DNA of 63,814 nucleotides, counting the filler, from Octopus bimaculoides (Eukaryota): the NCBI RefSeq assembly GCF_001194135.2. It is 7 parts of 4 records of this genome, joined end to end, with 100 filler letters (N's around TTAATTAATTAA, not from the genome) between each part and the next. Parts side by side here need not be neighbours in the genome. Positions count along the whole stretch, not along the records: positions 62,023 to 63,814 come from NC_068987.1; 6 more parts are not named here. One strand, written 5' to 3'. Shown one piece after another: positions 61,923-63,814 of this stretch (position 1 is the first letter of the stretch; every line of letters starts with the position of its first letter). Below the pieces are notes generated by a model that saw nothing but the letters and a program-made list of their open reading frames with translations, ran no database searches and was not told where the DNA came from. The translations under genes and the position numbers were made by a program.

Positions 61923-62022
61923 NNNNNNNNNNNNNNNNNNNNNNNNNNNNNNNNNNNNNNNNNNNNTTAATTAATTAANNNNNNNNNNNNNNNNNNNNNN
62001 NNNNNNNNNNNNNNNNNNNNNN
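61923..62022. other. Artificial scaffold linker
   Basis: 44N-TTAATTAATTAA-44N. Confidence 0.95.
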
Positions 62023-62049
62023 AACCCTAACCCTAAAACCCTAAACCCT
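62023..62049. repeat. Short degenerate telomere-type (CCCTAA)n tract at a segment start
   Basis: aaccctaaccctaaaaccctaaaccct (four units) immediately after the linker. Confidence 0.55.
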
Positions 62050-62989
62050 TACTAGGGAATAATGATATAATTAAACTGGGAATAACACACTTGACACCGA
62101 ACAGCAGTAATTGTATTCAGCTGAATAGACGTCAGTGATTGGTTGAAATTACAGAAATACGACAACTTTAACATGAAATAACTTGCGATGTACAAAATTT
62201 TGTTAAGAAGGTTAAGAGAAGAAGTTGTTTTATATGACACATTCTACCAGTGTCCCAAGTTTGAAAGTGTTTCGTTAAGAAAACAAATGTTGCCCGTCAA
62301 ACCCCAAAGATCCGTTGAGTGCTCGTACATCATAGAAAAGATCACCATCACGAATATTTGAATACATAAGTAATGGGTATAGAGTTTGTGTGTGTGTGTG
62401 TGTGTTGATCGATATGCCTATAATAGTAAACGGAAGCTAACATATTAATTGAACCAGTCAATATATTGTCAGTACATTAAGCAGCTGCCCTTTAAAGCTT
62501 TTTAACAATTCTCTAATTAATTATGAAAAAGGAAACCAAATGATTCTTTTAAAATTTGGCACGAATTCGGGTAGTTTTTTCTTTTAGCACAAAACGAAAG
62601 TTGGCAATGGATTAATTTACGTGTAAAAGAGGAGTTTCTGGATAAACATTTCCCTGGAAACCAGAGATATTGGCGTTCTTTAATAGGTATCCTGTGTTTA
62701 GCTATAATTGCGATCCCAACGTGAAGAAAATAATTTCAGGTAGACTCACCTAATGGACTGTTCCAAATTATACTTGAAAGAAAATGCAAAATGATGCCTG
62801 TTTCATCAGGTATGCAATGTCAAAATCAGTAGTACTCGAAGTTGAATTCACCTTAAGCACGTGTAGCATTTATTTTATCCAATTAGAAAATACCTCTTAC
62901 ATTGGGATAACCACACTACAATTTTCCAGGTCAGCTCTCTGTGTGCATACTAAAATTGTATACTAAATTTTCACATGCGTAATACATAC

Positions 62990-63094
62990 CTCTACATTTT
63001 GAGATATCTTCACTTTTGAGTATATCAGCAAAGTACCATGACCATCAGATATTAATACAGTTATACATCTCAACCAAATATGACAACGCATATA
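62990..63094 (-). CDS. Candidate internal exon (unidentified)
   Basis: Strong acceptor tttttgcttttatctttAG; 35 open codons YMRCHIWLRCITVLISDGHGTLLIYSKVKISQNVE; donor GAG|GTATGT; phase 0-0. Confidence 0.25.
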
Positions 63095-63684
63095 CTAAAG
63101 ATAAAAGCAAAAACTTAAATTAGATACAACATAATATGTCTATGAAATTCTTTTTTCGCGTTTTTAATGAAGTTTTTAATTTTTATAAGGAACTAATTTG
63201 CTGACGATCCAAAAGACGCAACTTAGGTTTTGAAATACTAAATCCCCACCCTTTCCAGGTGAGGGAAGCATTCACATTCATTTAACGTTTTCCCCTCAAA
63301 TATTCTCCTAAGTGTAGCCATTTTGTAATCAAACCTGATGATTGCCGAGTAAAATGGCAACGACCTTAACTAAGCTAAGCACGATATCTTCCTTGCAGTA
63401 GAAAATTTAAATAATTGGGTGCAAATAATATACTGTCTGTCTGTCTGTCTGTCTGGATGGATGGATGGATGGATGGATACTGAACCGCAAAAGAAAGGCG
63501 ATTTTTTCAAATGTCATTTTTATATAGTAATTTCTGAAAATTAATTTCGGGGATGTAAGTGTAAATATTCTAAGACATGCTGGTTTATGGCTGAGACCCA
63601 AATTGCAGGTAACCTTTCAACTTTCCCTGAAACGCAGCTGCGTTGAATGCCGTAGGTGGCAGTCGCAAACAAATGTCATGAAAA

Positions 63685-63814
63685 CCGAAATACACAATTC
63701 GATCTGTGGTAGACTCGCAAGGTGATGTGGTGCACGAACCCGAGATGTGTCGGACCTTTCAAGAGCACTTCGCCCAGCTGTTCGGGGGTGGCGATGGACC
63801 GGTCGATTGGGAGG
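63685..63814 (+). mobile_element. Tx1/L1-clade LINE ORF2 fragment (endonuclease-RT linker), runs off the window
   Basis: KYTIRSVVDSQGDVVHEPEMCRTFQEHFAQLFGGG: the I-x-x-L/V-x-x-x-x-G...F-x-x-H/F-F/Y-x-x-L-F/Y linker motif of L1-type ORF2. Confidence 0.7.

Overview
AT-rich, microsatellite-dense animal genomic DNA. The SINE/LINE repertoire suggests a cephalopod, probably an octopus (inference). The window is not one contiguous sequence: six identical 100-bp linkers (44 N + TTAATTAATTAA + 44 N) split it into seven segments whose adjacency is not proven. Two protein-coding loci are well supported. (1) A two-coding-exon mTERF-family gene on + (16611-16808 joined to 18721-19986; 487 aa). (2) The terminal exon of a myostatin/GDF8/11-like TGF-beta ligand on - (37079-37462), whose upstream exons I could not find. 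A few isolated candidate exons are listed at low confidence. The rest is mobile DNA: at least four tRNA-head SINE families, fragments of RTE, Tx1/L1, CR1-group, Dong/R4 and CRE-like non-LTR elements, a dead mariner, a piggyBac-type MITE and a Helitron 3' end. The most unusual signal is a set of long fold-back (inverted-repeat) structures at about 22.5, 28.2-29.4, 39.6-40.3, 40.6-41.1 and 48.7-49.0 kb; two of them share a terminal motif. SINE copies in the 1-24 kb segment also show CpG decay consistent with gene-body methylation. I found no prokaryote-type system such as CRISPR, and nothing here proves a wholly new biological system.
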